Below are positions 17,601-28,918 of a stretch of 64,000 nt of DNA, piece after piece. Each line of letters opens with the position of its first letter. The stretch's first letter is position 1. The notes under the pieces were generated by a model that saw only the letters and a program-made list of their open reading frames with translations, was not told the DNA's origin and did not search any database. Both the position numbers and the translations under genes were made by a program. Origin of the DNA: Bugula neritina (lineage: Eukaryota > Animalia > Bryozoa); the NCBI GenBank assembly GCA_964035545.1, contig OZ037768.1, positions 21,919,319 to 21,983,318 of the forward strand, given 5' to 3'.

Positions 17601-20094
17601 AATTTCTGGTCAGTTGGCTTACTGTCACAAAGCGCACAATAAATTCAAAGATAGCACGCGTAACCACAGTAGGCAAGGAAAATCGTAGTGCGTTGACTGT
17701 TAAATTATTGCTTTGACCTAGTTATTGCCCGGAATGTAAACGCAGCACGCTGTGTTGTCACTATTACAACAGCGATGTTACAGTAATAAAGAGATAGAAC
17801 AAATGAAAATAAAGATGCTCACTAATAGTAATTGTGATATGTGAATGAAAAGTTATAATTAGCTTGAGAGCTATGTAAAATTTGGTAGCTATGTAGTACA
17901 AGAAGTAAATTGTGGTTAACTAGGACAATGTGTCAATTGGGTAAAAACTTATACAGTATAGATATAATTAAACTTATCGCTCTGGAGTCTTGTTGGCTGC
18001 TGGCTCTGGCTCTTGGCTCTGGCTTTGTAGCTCTGGCTCTTGGCTGACTGGCGCTGGCTCGGTACGACTGTATAGGCTGATAGTTTGGCTATCGTTCGAC
18101 TGCTGGTCAGTTTTCCCCGGAGACTGTATGCCTGATTTGGGTGAATTGTGGGTTGAGTTGTCTAACTTGGGTTTGGTGTGCTTGTGCTTATCGTAAGTGA
18201 TGAATGAGAATTTACTCTGTGCATGAGGATAGAAGCATTTCACATTAGAGTATTACGTGCTGTTTTGGATTAAAGTTGTGGGAGCTTGATGTAGAGTGGA
18301 AAATCAAGGTTCAATCATTTGAGTGTAAGTAGGTTACAGTTTCGCTTGTCAGCAGCAAGTGGGAAGTTTTACTTGCTGTCTTAGGTTAAAGTTCCACTTC
18401 GTGAGAGCTAAGAGTCTAACACTTGTCAAAGGCAAGTGGGAAGAGTTTCACTTTAAGTTTTAGGTAAGAGTTTCACTGTAACTGCCCTCCTAGTTTGCTA
18501 TGAAAGTTCCATACGGGTGTATGTTTTAGTGTAGATAGTTTATTGATTTACACTGTTCACACCATTTACACCTTTTACACCGTGAAACTACAATTTTCAC
18601 AAAACAAAATGATTAAAATATGATAGAATAAGAGCAAATTAAACACAGAAAAGTACATAAAAGAATTTGATAAATTGCTTGTTTATAATTATTAAAATAT
18701 TCAAAGTAACAGTATAAATCAACAAAGTTATAATATATAAAAGCATACCTATTTCACCCTTTCTAGGAGAGAGTTAGTAGTATAAAGAAAGCAACATTTT
18801 ATACCGTGTGTTTGTAAAAATAGCTATAATATTATGTGAGAGTAGATGAGAATGGAACCTTGACGCTTGAGGGTTCTTACGATAATGTCCTGGCTAAATG
18901 TATTTTAACTGTTTTTGTCGGCATGTGTAAAGCTAGTGCACTCAGTTTCTTAGTCATGGTTTTTTGAGTGCAGCCAGTGCAAAATAAAACTTGCAATGCA
19001 CCGAGTGATACTAAAATGGTCTTGAAGATAAAAAAACAGTGACAAACAAGTGCTAAAGAGTACACTAAGGATGGGTGATTCATCGCTGTTGGAATATGTG
19101 ACAACACAAACGCAGTGTGGCAATGTCGGTAAATGCTAAATTGCTAATTGATATATATTATGACAGTTATGAACAAATTGGCAGCAGAGTGTCAGTAAGC
19201 AAACTAAATAAAACCAAATTTATGAAATTTTACTATTTATTATAAAGGACACTACATGTAAAGTATGTAACACAGCCATATAAAACCAACATTATTACAA
19301 CATTACTATATATGTTTTCACATTCAGTTAAAGTTACAGAAACAAGGAAAAATTTAGAAGTAAAGCTTACAAATGGCTTAATTACAGTTTCATAAACATT
19401 ATTGTATGATGTAATCATTGGATGATCTTGAGAAGAATATCCTATGCTCTCATCTTAGTTTTAGCTCTACTATTCTAAACACAATGCAGTAGCCTTTATA
19501 TACACTAAATGCTTCTGAAAAATAGGCACAAAATACAAATGTTTCCATGAAAGCTAAATACCAAAAATATATAACATCGCATACAAAAATAAACTCAGCA
19601 CAAAAAGAAGGTACATTATTTGTCATCTACATTGACTTATATTTTTAGGGACTTCACAATATTGAGCTCTTTTTAAGCAACCCAATAAACAATACGACCA
19701 ACTATAAAACTTGCATACACCGACACAATAACAATGGCACCATTATGCAATCCGTACCTGTTTGTGACACTCTATATGACATGCAGCGCTGGGTGAACAT
19801 TTCCAGGAAAGAGTGTTCTGATATGAACGTCACTTTGCCTCTCATGAAGTAAGTACGTTTTATTGCTAATCTAACAACAAAATGCATGATGCAATTTTTT
19901 CTGCTTAACAATAGCGGCTTTATTAGAGTCATAAAATTTTGCTACAATGGATTTCTGGAAATAGTCTTCAATATCCTCTTCCTTGTAGAAGCTTTGAAAA
20001 TGCTACAAAACTCTGTCCAGAAAGAAGGGAAGCTGTCAGCAACTTTAAGTTACGCTGTAAGAGCAACTTTTTCAAAAGTACAATTAATGGATGA
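8682..20094 (+). CDS. Dispanin/CD225 (IFITM-like) membrane protein with a C-terminal Cys- and N-glycosylation-rich extension, 5 exons, ~221 aa
   Basis: Exons 8682-8689, 9249-9492, 10088-10195, 19649-19848, 19989-20094 join phase-compatibly via GT-AG introns into a 666-nt ORF. PSNQYLVISSLLPPWFFGLAAVYY...LSYRLATAGIVCGVIVCWVIFAVAAVII resembles the two-hydrophobic-segment CD225 pattern. Confidence 0.6.
9791..9990 (+). mobile_element. tRNA-Thr(AGT)-derived SINE, copy 1
   Basis: A box TGGTCTAGGGG, anticodon loop-like TTAGTAA, B box GGTTTGAACCC, then a non-tRNA body; related copy at 26080-26250. Confidence 0.7.
10472..11252 (-). repeat. BEL/Pao 3' LTR (781 bp)
   Basis: Direct repeat of 18477-19256; the only difference I noticed is A8 vs A7 in an A-run. 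Confidence 0.97.
11327..15226 (-). CDS. pol: BEL/Pao pol (aspartic protease, RT, RNase H, integrase)
   Basis: YALLDSGS protease; WYIPHFGVYHPKKPGKIRIVFD and NFYVDD RT; HHFSDAS...TIPRMELQAAV...FWTDSQ RNase H; HHCC zinc finger plus GVDCFGP...CDQGTNF...GGVWERMI integrase; FWQRWRTEYL. Confidence 0.97.
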   Translation of the reverse strand, partial: TIPVYVSSIENPGHEVLVYALLDSGSNHTFITHDTIHALNATTHDTDMNISTLTDVQGSTSSRQAATGLLVRGYNRQKYIKLPTCVSQSQIPFNRNEIPNSMSVQDWPHLRHLASEFITAKEGNQLTLGLLIGGNLPQVFMSRQEITAGDNVPFARLSDLGWLLMGNTTQNNTQKNPRNLLTIVNLAVLQPTTRENISFKIQADSHNEDANLETKILKILSSDFDSDPSNENSKMSIDDINFLKLMKEQTYKDVEGHITMPLPLKSQPGPNKSKYMALNRFKNLQKNLTDPTFSEHYHKFMNDIITQGEAELVPDDQKNNESAWYIPHFGVYHPKKPGKIRIVFDGAAKVGGMCLNDYLLQGPDQMNSLIGILMRFRKDLVGVTCDIGRMFHQFRVFPEHRDLLRFLWYDEQGEIVPYRMKVHLFGATSSPACTTYGLRSLCDTSINPNTLAKSFIRNNFYVDDGLMSFSDTDSAISVVQDAISICQEGNLRLHKFSSNSSAVLESIPASERNVQDIQTLEPDDDSQPIERTLGLLWSLKSDAFTFSSSIKSNPNTRSGVLSTIASIFDPLGFLSPFILKGKNILQDMCRISASWEATLEGELLLRWESWKSSLSDLSNIHIKRCYKPHDFGDISKAEIHHFSDASTDGYGEVSYLRVVNAKHQVNVSLLMSKGRVAPIKPITIPRMELQAAVTSAQVSGIIRSELGMDVTETFWTDSQVVLGYLKNTSKKFHVYVTNRIQKVRDQSCPESWFYVPTDQNPADHASRGLTIDQLNKSNWFTGPDFLWNEPIVIPEQPTPQVRNDDKEVKSLVTSTHDTSTHPTLYHLLHRFSSWTTAVKVTGLFIQKARSKHMKSTSYDIKSASESYIIKSAQQEHLPEAQCLKDGKKISQSSPIFNLSPFLDSKGIMRVGGRLDHSAFIEFSNKHPIILPKAGHFTQLLLQHFHNQAKHQGRGMTLAQMRSAGYWVIGARQLVTSLIYHCVDCRRDRGKPIIPNMSSLPAERVTESPPFTYCGVDCFGPFQVKDRRTELKRYGLMVTCLASRAVHIEVLDDMTTSSFINAIRNVIAIRGPIREIWCDQGTNFIGAIPELTEKGVLEFKLNPPAASHMGGVWERMIRSARSILQHVLRKHAGRLDTSNLRTLMYEVMAIINSRPLSTVTEEHHPLTPNLLLTMKSDIILSPPSEFTDSDIYSRKRWRAVQHLANNFWQRWRTEYLCYLQSRQKWVNQTGREMKTGNIVIIVDDNGNRNEWSMGKVVECIKSKDGRVRSAKILIGNRNQPVNSKKYLHRPVSKLVTLIEN
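15227..17515 (-). CDS. gag: BEL/Pao gag
   Basis: FFGEPLEYLDWKVAFE (DUF1759-like) and three C-terminal Cys/His knuckles (CLMCNMNNHGTGIC, CYSCAKPGHKMDKC, CTKKDCKQKHLAVFH). Confidence 0.93.
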   Translation of the reverse strand: MSTMYKQNTQSENAAISDTFQFDQNSSAKNYETLEQEIPPTQGHVEIHEDNPTHAKRIEIKLLADKLKEILKNCSVFHQFISKEFSSHKEISFETLEGLKTQLIEEKANVIKAYEQLREACGDLEPDLKVRNQIDRVGADNENCLQQVLELMHVYTTRSKTALSNQPGASSAAFLSKPRNPSGSVISIQSRSHLTSASKSSRASSKIKAMQLEAKAKSAALKQKLESSKSTHALEMQAKQLAMAIEQSKIQAELDAIEAEEQVLSEAMEDEGSISLFHPLPQPNFTQSHAELDNPAKSSSIVLPAPAPNFKHLNVETHNPVKPSIMPPVPAPRTQTKHPITNPQLYQAPADSTSYPTRSPVDVTPPWNISSVSDQQAFANTLAQAIHTIKLKPAEPTVFFGEPLEYLDWKVAFEGLIESGSYNPLQKIALLQQYLGGKAKRVVANLFQIGTEEAFKEAKRKLNDKFGKPHILTEAYRTQLEQWPLIKEHDGEALEELVNFLESCQTAMNKLPELNCLNDRRENEKILAKLPISVGNRWVKIATEIESATDRFPSIFDFVRFLSKEADVASNSLNKAIAKRVVSNRNHDNSYRRNQPTRKSEKQATAFLASENQATTANISHDTTKPMRRYPCLMCNMNNHGTGICFKLEKLPHSDIEKLFDNNNLCYSCAKPGHKMDKCRHPATCTKKDCKQKHLAVFHKYYNRGSENKTSQPNKISHNNQIRGSENKSSTQNSTSNKGNENNPTQATARNCAGNRPANLAS
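18477..19256 (-). repeat. BEL/Pao 5' LTR (780 bp)
   Basis: Direct repeat of 10472-11252; AATAAA on the minus strand at 18539-18544. Confidence 0.97.
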
Positions 20095-21367
20095 ACATCT
20101 AAAGATTGTAAAAGAAAAGGTAATGGTGGAAAAAAAAGATTAATATCATTAAAACTAAAATTCATAAAAATATATTATTTCGATACTAGTTATGGTAGAT
20201 AATTTACAGGCACAAAATGATCTTGAGAACTTAATAATAATCTCATGCAGGTATATAAACTTCTCACTTGTTTTTTCTATTTTTAATGTAGTCACAGCAA
20301 AACATTTTTTACCTTATATGGTGTGGCCTGTGCTATTTTGTCATATCATCAAAATTTTTTTCTATCAAATTGAAATTGACTATCAAATTTCTAAGATAGA
20401 CCATATTAATCGAATTGCTAATTGGTTATAATTAATATAATATATAAATTATAACGAATATATTGCAGTATATGGTATGATTTATTTGCAATCTACAATG
20501 CTTCAAAATATAACTTAATTTTATCAAAAAATATTCATCGTTTTATTCTACACGACTATATCATGTTACACTATAAGCTTATGATAACAAATAGTAAACC
20601 ACGTGTTTAAACTAATATTTCTACAGATAAAACTTCAGAAATACAAAATTTGTATTCTTTCCATTTATAATTACCAACTATTGCTGGTGTCAGATCTATA
20701 CGGTTGCCATGGAAATGCAAATAGAGCTGGTGTGACTAATATCTGGTGATATACACATTATAAAAAAAAATTTAAAATAATAAAACTCCCAACACTTGAT
20801 AAAATGTACATTCATTAATTCATTGTTATTTTATTTAAAATTTATTTCAAGAGAATTTTCCTGAGACTGTAGCTAAAAAAGATTTCAAACTATCAAAATT
20901 ACTAGTTACATAAATTTTAACTTCAATTTTTACTCAAAAAATAAAATGAAAGACAAACTTCTATTTTGTATTCAAGCAAAATCTATACACGAACCATCAC
21001 ACTACTAAATATAATATTGTAAAAGTCTATAACAATTTTTTAAGATTTTGTATACTTATATTGTTTTAAAGTAGGCCAAAAATCAAATATATAGAATTTT
21101 AAATAGATGATTGCATAAATAAAGTATAAAAACTATGATCAAGAAGAAAAATCACATGTCTTTAGCAGAATAAGAGAGGCACTATAGAATGAATTCAAAA
21201 TAAATACTTTAAGACAATACTGCAAGTGTGTAGAGATGCAACTCTAGCAAAAATAAATTTTACCATAAATGAATCAATCAATAATGACTAATAAAATAAC
21301 ATAGCTTTGTGTATTACAAATCAGTGTTCAAGTCATTGTCTATACTAGCATTAGTTTATATGCCTAG

Positions 21368-23855
21368 TTATTCTGCAATGTTTATAGAGCCGTGAGAAAC
21401 GGTAATAAATGAGTGTTTAGCCTCAGTGCCCTGTAGGGATGCTATTAGCTCACGGGGCTCCAAATATGGCTACAAACATAACATATAGATAAAATAACAC
21501 AAAATTAATCTACGAGAGTGCAGATGTGAGGGTGTTGTTTAGAAGTATTAGTTATGACATGCTGATCATATTATATATACAGCGAAGAGATGAAGATAAG
21601 AAATTTCATACACCTACACACACACACGCTTGCACACACGCACGCACACATGCACACGCTGGCCTGCATACGCACATTTACTCATCATGTGTTACAGAGT
21701 TATCTCCTCACCTCTGTAGAGCCCATAGGAAATGTGCCCCAGTGTATGCCTACACTCAGACGGGACCGCAAATCACGATGAATCTGAAGGGCTTCTTCAG
21801 GGTTGATATGCTGATTGGCCATCATATACCGAGGGCAATAAGCTCCTAGAATTATTAGTTGGTGAAGAAATTAACGTGTGATCTAATATTTTAAAATATT
21901 TATATTATTATTATTTATATTATTTAAATAATATTTTAATACGAATTATTTCCTTTAAAACATTTACTGAACAAAAATTTCATGCAACTTTCAAAGAGAA
22001 CTCTAAGAGTTATCCGCACTATAAAAATATAAATTGAACTCACCAATGGCTATGGCTGAAAGGTCAAAGGGTCCATATTTCTGGCCAATTGTCTCAAATA
22101 CTTCACAGAACCCCGTGTCTCCAGAGAACCAAATTGAATGCTTAGATGACTTCATGACCCAACTACTCCACAGTGACTACAATATATTATAGTATAGCTA
22201 CTCAACAGTGACTACAATATATTATAGTATAACTACTCTACAGTGACTACAATATATTATAGTATAACTACTCTACAGTGACTAAAATATATTATAGTAT
22301 AACTACTCTACAGTGACTACAATATAATATAGTATAACTACTCCACAGTGACTACAATATATTATAGTATAGCTACTCAACAGTGACTACAATATATTAT
22401 AGTATAACTACTCTACAGTGACTAAAATATATTGTAGTATAACTACTCTACAGTGACTACAATATATTATACTATAACTACTTCACAGTGACTACAATAT
22501 TTTATAGTAATATATATAGTTACAACTGTTCACTCACCTGGTTTCTATCACATCCTGATCTTAAGCTCCAATGTTGAGCCGGAGTACATGTGATTTCCAG
22601 ATCTTTCTTTCCTTCCATCTTCAGAGACACACTCTGCCACCATGATAGCTCCGTGACAGTCTCACAATTTCTCGCGAGAAACCAGCCCTTCAAACCTTCT
22701 GGTACCAGCCAGCTGCAGAAACAAGAGAGCTAGGATATTAATCAAATCTTGACAGAATTGAGTATTTAACATTTAAAACACATACTTTCTACCCTACGGC
22801 CTACTCTCTTTATAAACTGAAAATAAACTAACACAATTTGTACTACTATTAACCAAAATATACAATGAAGAAAGTAGAAAATTCAATTTTTTATTATGGT
22901 TAGGTAACTTTACTTTTACTGAAGATACTAGTCTGGTTACCAGGCAGATTAGTTAAGAGATAACATAACTCCTTACTGTATTTGAATCATAGTTGACTAG
23001 TAGGAAACTGTTTGTTGCAGGACTCAAAGATGTTATTACTATTACTATTAGTCCTCGAGTATCACAAACCAATTTTATGAATGCTTTCTACACCAGAAAA
23101 TGTCAGTGATTTGGCTTAACCTTTGAGCTCATTTATTGAATGTCTTAATATCATGTGTAACGTAAACAATAAACACTGCTGTTTCTAACAGATATAGTAA
23201 TAATGATAGTCAATGGTTCCTGTAAGTGTTAATGCCAATGGCTGTAGTAAATTCTCCAAAATAATTATAGATACACAAATGATATTCGCTGAAGTTTCAA
23301 TTATATAAATATAGGAGTATCAGCTGCTGCAATCAAATTTTTTTAAAAATATAGGCAAAAATGTTGTCTATTACGCACAAAAATTTTCAAAGTCACATGA
23401 GAAGACAACTTACTGAAGAGATTTGCCAAATAACTTGTTGAGAGCTGTCACTGAGTGAATATCCAAATGATCATAATGATTGTGACTGATTACTACTGCA
23501 TCTATTCTGGGCAGATCTTCCATGGGCAGCGGAGGAGGGCGGTATCTCTTAGGACCCAGAAAGGTAAACGGGGAACATCTCTCACTCCATATTGGATCTA
23601 CAAGTACGTAAATCATCAACAAATTTCGAGTAAAACTTGACTTACACTACAATCAAACCATGAATTAGAAGATTAGAGAGAACTAACCACTGAGAATATT
23701 CCATCCATCAGTCTGATAAAGCATTGTAGCGTGACCGATCCACATGTACTGCAACTTGTCATCAGGTGGACTATTTAGTCTCTGCAGATCTGGCTTAGTA
23801 ACAGGCAGATTTTCATCGATTTCTTGCTAAATGGGTATATTATATATATATTATA

Positions 23856-23895
<40 letters not shown>

Positions 23896-24420
23896 TATAT
23901 AATATATATTATATATAAAGACAGTATCCAGGTGCAAAAATAAGCATAGTGTGAATTACATGATAAATTAGCTTAGCAACAATGATTTCTCATAGAAATA
24001 AACCCTACCTTATAGCCTTAAATTCAGATTAAATTATTTAAAACTGCTAAGTTTGCGAATTCCATAGTCACATTGCTTTCATAGAATTAAATTTACAAAT
24101 GTAGATAAAGAGATACTAAATATCTTGCCTATAATCAAATTGCAATTATCACACAATGGAACAAGTGCTATTCAAAGTGAATACGATGTAAAGTAGTTTT
24201 TCTATTGATTCAACTACAGCATAATTATGAGGTGTGATTTCATGCAACATCTAACCTGTGTTGGGGCTCGAGGGCCAGTGACTGCTCCTACGAATTTCTC
24301 TCGGAGAAATTTACAAAGCCTACCACCACCCGGGAATGAAATAGATGATTTGAAAGGATTTTCAAAAGTGCCATTTCTGTTTCTGATAGGTTTCACAAGG
24401 TCAAGGGTCAAACTGTCCAT
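21368..24420 (-). CDS. NAPEPLD: N-acyl-phosphatidylethanolamine phospholipase D (metallo-beta-lactamase fold), ~7 exons
   Basis: GTFENPF; WIGHATML; [23 protein letters not shown]; [12 protein letters not shown]; TPAQHWS; SLWSSW; FSGDTG; GIHWGTF; last exon PYLEPRE...HG. Confidence 0.92.
22161..22507 (-). repeat. 35-bp minisatellite, 10 copies, built from the NAPE-PLD intron/exon acceptor junction
   Basis: cagtgacta recurs every 35 nt from 22171 to 22486; the copy at 22171 is the true splice junction. Confidence 0.95.
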
Positions 24421-26079
24421 TATAGTTACATTCGTAAGCTTATGTCAAACCTGCAAACAACATATTTCATCGCTATTTGATTTTTGATACATAAAACACA
24501 AAGATGCAAATTAGCAACAAACTATTTGTTCTTAAGTGCACAGAATAGCAGATTACAACAGTCCAAAGGTTTTGACACATTCTCGTAATCACAGATTGAT
24601 TTTCCTAGATTTATAACATAATCATAGGTATTTATTGGTAATGCAGATTGCAAATATTTGATGCAACAGCAATATGAATGAGGTTTCAGCAACAGCAAAC
24701 AATATTTATTCTAAGAGCAAAACCTTTTGCTTTAAAAATGCTCCTTTTTGAGAACTTTTTTAATTGCAACAACATTTAACAACATTTTTAAAAATTACCT
24801 CACGGTTATACTTATAAGGTACAGCTTTTAAGTTTTAGGTAAAAAATTAAAAAATCATAATAAACTTGAATTAATAGTTTAAGTTATGCTTATAGTTATA
24901 GACTTATACAGTTATAGTAATTACTACTTACTATATAGTTACGCTCACAGTAAATATTAATACAGATATTATTGATAATATTATTATTAAATTTAACATT
25001 TAATTTTATAGACTTGTACAGTTATACAGTTATACTTATAGTTATAGTAACTTATACTTATAGACTTATACTTATACTTATAGTTATAGTAATACAGTTA
25101 TGCTTAAAGTTAAAGTTAATCTTACACTTATACTCATATAGCCAACATTTATCAATTTCAAAATTGTTGCAGACTTCTACTATTACTACGTCTATAGTCT
25201 ATAACATTGAGAATAAGTATAAGTATGACTCAGAGTCATGATCATGATCATTGGCATTTGATTGTTGATGCTATTGCAGATAGCTTTGAGTTAGTTGTAT
25301 AACTTTAGATAAAACACTATAAAAAGATAATCGTTACTTTAACCTGTTTCTTTCATTGTAGCAACACTTTATTGCGAAAGCAGAAAATTTACGTTCGAAA
25401 AACCTTTCATAAACAAGTATTGGACCAAGACTATAATTTTTACATATTCTATGTTGGAATCACTGTAACACAGCTTATAATTCAATAGATGTGATTGTCG
25501 CACGATAATGTTACCGGGTGGCTGTTTTATTTCAGCAGATCGACTTTTAACGCAATATAAGGAGGACAACTCCCTAATTTTGCCTACAGGTTACATTACC
25601 TATAATATGTAGCTTGTCTCACTGAAATCAAATATTAAATGTATTCTAATTTTTGGCTCATACAATAAGCAGTCGCAGTAACTCAGTTTTATTTTTCTGA
25701 AGTTAATTTTCTCTACGATGAATTCTGTAAATAACAAATGATCTTTACAGCCCATTTTGCCATTCAACTGAACTTGGTACAATTGAACTCTGTAACTTAC
25801 AAGTGCATGGCTTTAATTTAAATAACTTATAGCTATACTACTTATATCTCTATAATGAAAACCAATTAAAGTTAATTATGGCTATTCACAAGTCACCAAA
25901 ATAAGTTGCAAGACTTAAAATGACAGTAACTAGGTAATTGGTAATTTTTGCATATATATTTTACATTTTATTGCAAAATATCAATTGGTAGTTGGAACAC
26001 ACTTCAGAATTCTTTATCTTTTCTTGAGTGGCAAGCATACATAAGTTAACATGTGTTCAATGTCTCCATTACTGTGAGA

Positions 26080-26250
26080 ACTATTGATTGGAAGGGTTTT
26101 TATGCAGGCTAAGAACTGTGCCTCTAACCAGGTTTGAAGGATTCTTCGTGTAGCAATTATAGCTGAATGACATCACTGATAGCCCTGCCAGGACTTGAGC
26201 CTATGACCTAGCACTAAGCCAGCACTCTAACCACTGGCTGCTCTCTTACA
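26080..26250 (-). mobile_element. tRNA-derived SINE, copy 2 (more diverged)
   Basis: Reverse complement agagagcagcc..ggttagagtgc..gcttag..gtcataggctcaagtcc..gtgatgtc..tataattgct..aacccttcca aligns by eye with 9791-9955. Confidence 0.6.
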
Positions 26251-26580
26251 TACAAAGGTAGGATTGTGAGGATTTAAAGAAAAAGTAGAAAGAAATATTT
26301 AAAATGCTCACACTGACAGACTTGGAAACACTAAAACTTTAGCGAATATATATATTTATGAGCTGAACGCTGCAATAGACATCAAGATATCATCTTAAAA
26401 ATGGTCAGTGAAATGATTACTGAAGTTGTTTTCAAGTAAAAGAAATGATTAAATAAAAAAGTGAATATTTTTGCATGTCTAACATGAAAAGATATATCAA
26501 CATATTTTCTATTTTCTATACTTCAACTTGTAAACATGAAGATATACAATAAAAAAATAGTTATTACAAATAATTTTATA

Positions 26581-27261
26581 TCAGAGGCTGTTGACTGTTT
26601 TTTCAGCTTGCTCAAGACAACCATTCATGTCTTCTCTACCATAAATTGCTTTTGATTCTTCTAAATTACACCATTTAAAGTCAATATGTTCATCTGATAA
26701 TATAATTGGTGTATTCGGGTCTACTAACTCTGCTAAGTAATAATACACAGTTTTTGGCCGGCCTCTCACTAAATATGATAGAGTTTGGCAAAAATTGTCC
26801 ACAACTCTGTAATGATGAGACTTCAACCCAGCCTCTTCCGCCGTCTCCCGCATTGCTGTCGTATATGTATCCTCCCCTGGATCCACGTGACCTACAAGTA
26901 AATGTTTTAATAGTTCAATAAAACTAATACATATACAACAACATATAATACATGACTATAATTAACTAGACAAGAGGAGCATAGACTGATACAGTAGAAT
27001 ATTTAGAAAATCTAAACAATTTTTACTCATTATAATTAAATAACTTGATGTGAATTTACTAAGGATTTTAAGCTTTGTGATGTCACAATGTAGACATATG
27101 TAGTAAGTTTGAAGGGATTAAATCGATCCAACAGAAATACGAGAGTCTTCACCTTTAGGTGGAGTCCAGTGCTTTGTTCCATATGATGCTCGCAACATTA
27201 AATATTCCACTCCCCTAGCTACTTTTCTGTAGATAATAAAACCAGCAGCAACTTTGGCCAT
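26581..27261 (-). CDS. NUDT2: Bis(5'-nucleosyl)-tetraphosphatase (asymmetrical Ap4A hydrolase), 2 exons
   Basis: AAGFIIYRK...YLMLRASYGTKHWTPPKG|HVDPGEDTYTTAMRETAEEAGL Nudix box; LSDEHIDFKW; intron ~26892-27152. Confidence 0.93.
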
Positions 27262-28918
27262 CACTTTTAACTTTAAAATAAAAACATTATACTGATAAAA
27301 CACTATACTGATAGAGAAAATATTGAAAATAGGCAAGCTTGTGGGGCTAAAGCAGGCAGATAGCCTGTGCTTATAACTCTACACTTGGGAAGACGTTGTT
27401 AGGTTGCATCATCTGAAGGTCTAACTATTGATTGATTTATTTATTACATATCACAGACATGAAAACATGTTTTGAAATTCAGTGTGAATACTGGTTATAA
27501 TAAGTAGGCATGAACAAAAAAAGTCAAAATTCTGCTGATTACCTAAAATAAAAGATCATTTAAAGTATTTACGAGGTGTCATTGACAATCACAATGGCAA
27601 AAAAATAATAAATTGGAGTATTAGGTTAATCCTTATTTGTTCCAACTATAAAACAACAACCAGTGCTTAGAACAAAATAAAATTTAGGGAATTTGTGTAA
27701 AAATAAGCTCAGTATACACAATGTTCTATGATACATAAAAACAAGGTAACAGTCACAATGACATAAAAACTATTCCAATCATATGTAAGTTTATGCCACA
27801 TGAAAGAGTGAGACTTGAGTTTAAGCCCTGTCAAATCAAGCAATGATGTAAAATAAATTTGAATCAACTTGACAAGAGCCATCAGTAAGATTATGACTAA
27901 TACCAACAGTAACACTAACAGTTAATGTTATTCGCTTTATGGTTTACTGTAACAGTACAACCGTCAATTTCATTACTTCACTACTGCATACTTATAGTTA
28001 TAGAATTACCCAAGCTAGACTTAACACCTAGTAGTACTAGTTTATGCCCAAATCAGTAAATTGTTACTTCACAAACTAAATATTATTGTAAGCAGATAGA
28101 TTTTTGAATAATCATGATGATAATCACAATTACAGTGATAATAGTTATAAATATAGTAAGAGTGATAGAACTACTCGCATTGATAGTAACTGAGTGATTG
28201 ATAGTATTACCATTGCTAGTAGTAGTAAACTAGTATAAATTACAAAAACTAATAGTAATACTCATGTGAGTCATAGTCATACTGTAACTGTGGCTAAGCA
28301 GAAAATTAAATGTAATTAATAATTAACTTTAAGTTTTATTGAGACTGGGAGCAATTCTACTAATATAAAACTCATAGTCAGACTGATACTTATACTCCTA
28401 GATCATAGTGATGGTACTAGTCATAGTCATACTCATTGTGATAGTGATACTGATAGTAATAGTAATACTAATAAGTGATATACTCATATATAATTTGATG
28501 TTGATTAAATTCAAATTGTGGTTCTCAAAATCGAAGCATTAGTTAGTAAATTAAAATTAGTATCATAATTTTCAGTAAATTAAATTTAATAATATTAATA
28601 TTCATATTGTACACTACTTCAACTTGTAAATTCAACTTCAGTACAGTTCAACTAGAGCTTTAGAATCAGAATGAGAATCACTGAAAGTGAAACTAAAACT
28701 AAAAGTCAAAGTGAATCAGAATGAGAATCAGAATGTCAGCGTGAATTAAATTTAATGGTCAAACGATTGAAGTGTTATTAAAATTCTCTTTTAAACTATT
28801 CCAATACACATAATTATCGTTATGGTCTACTACTATCAACTTATTAGCTAGCATAATGATAATGAGAAACAATCATTATGAATGAATGTCATCATGATAA
28901 TATCCCAGACAACAATAC

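Larger units (their letters stand above)
10472..19256 (-). mobile_element. Full-length BEL/Pao LTR retrotransposon in intron 3 of the dispanin-like gene
   Basis: TG...CA LTRs 10472-11252 and 18477-19256; 5-bp TSD TGTAA (10467-10471 / 19257-19261); short PPT GGTGGGAG next to the 3' LTR; gag and pol ORFs with BEL motifs. Confidence 0.97.

Noticed and set aside
17974-18243. 89-aa upstream ORF with QEPE repeats in the BEL leader
   Set aside because: Short, driven by a ggctct-type low-complexity repeat; no motif support for coding.
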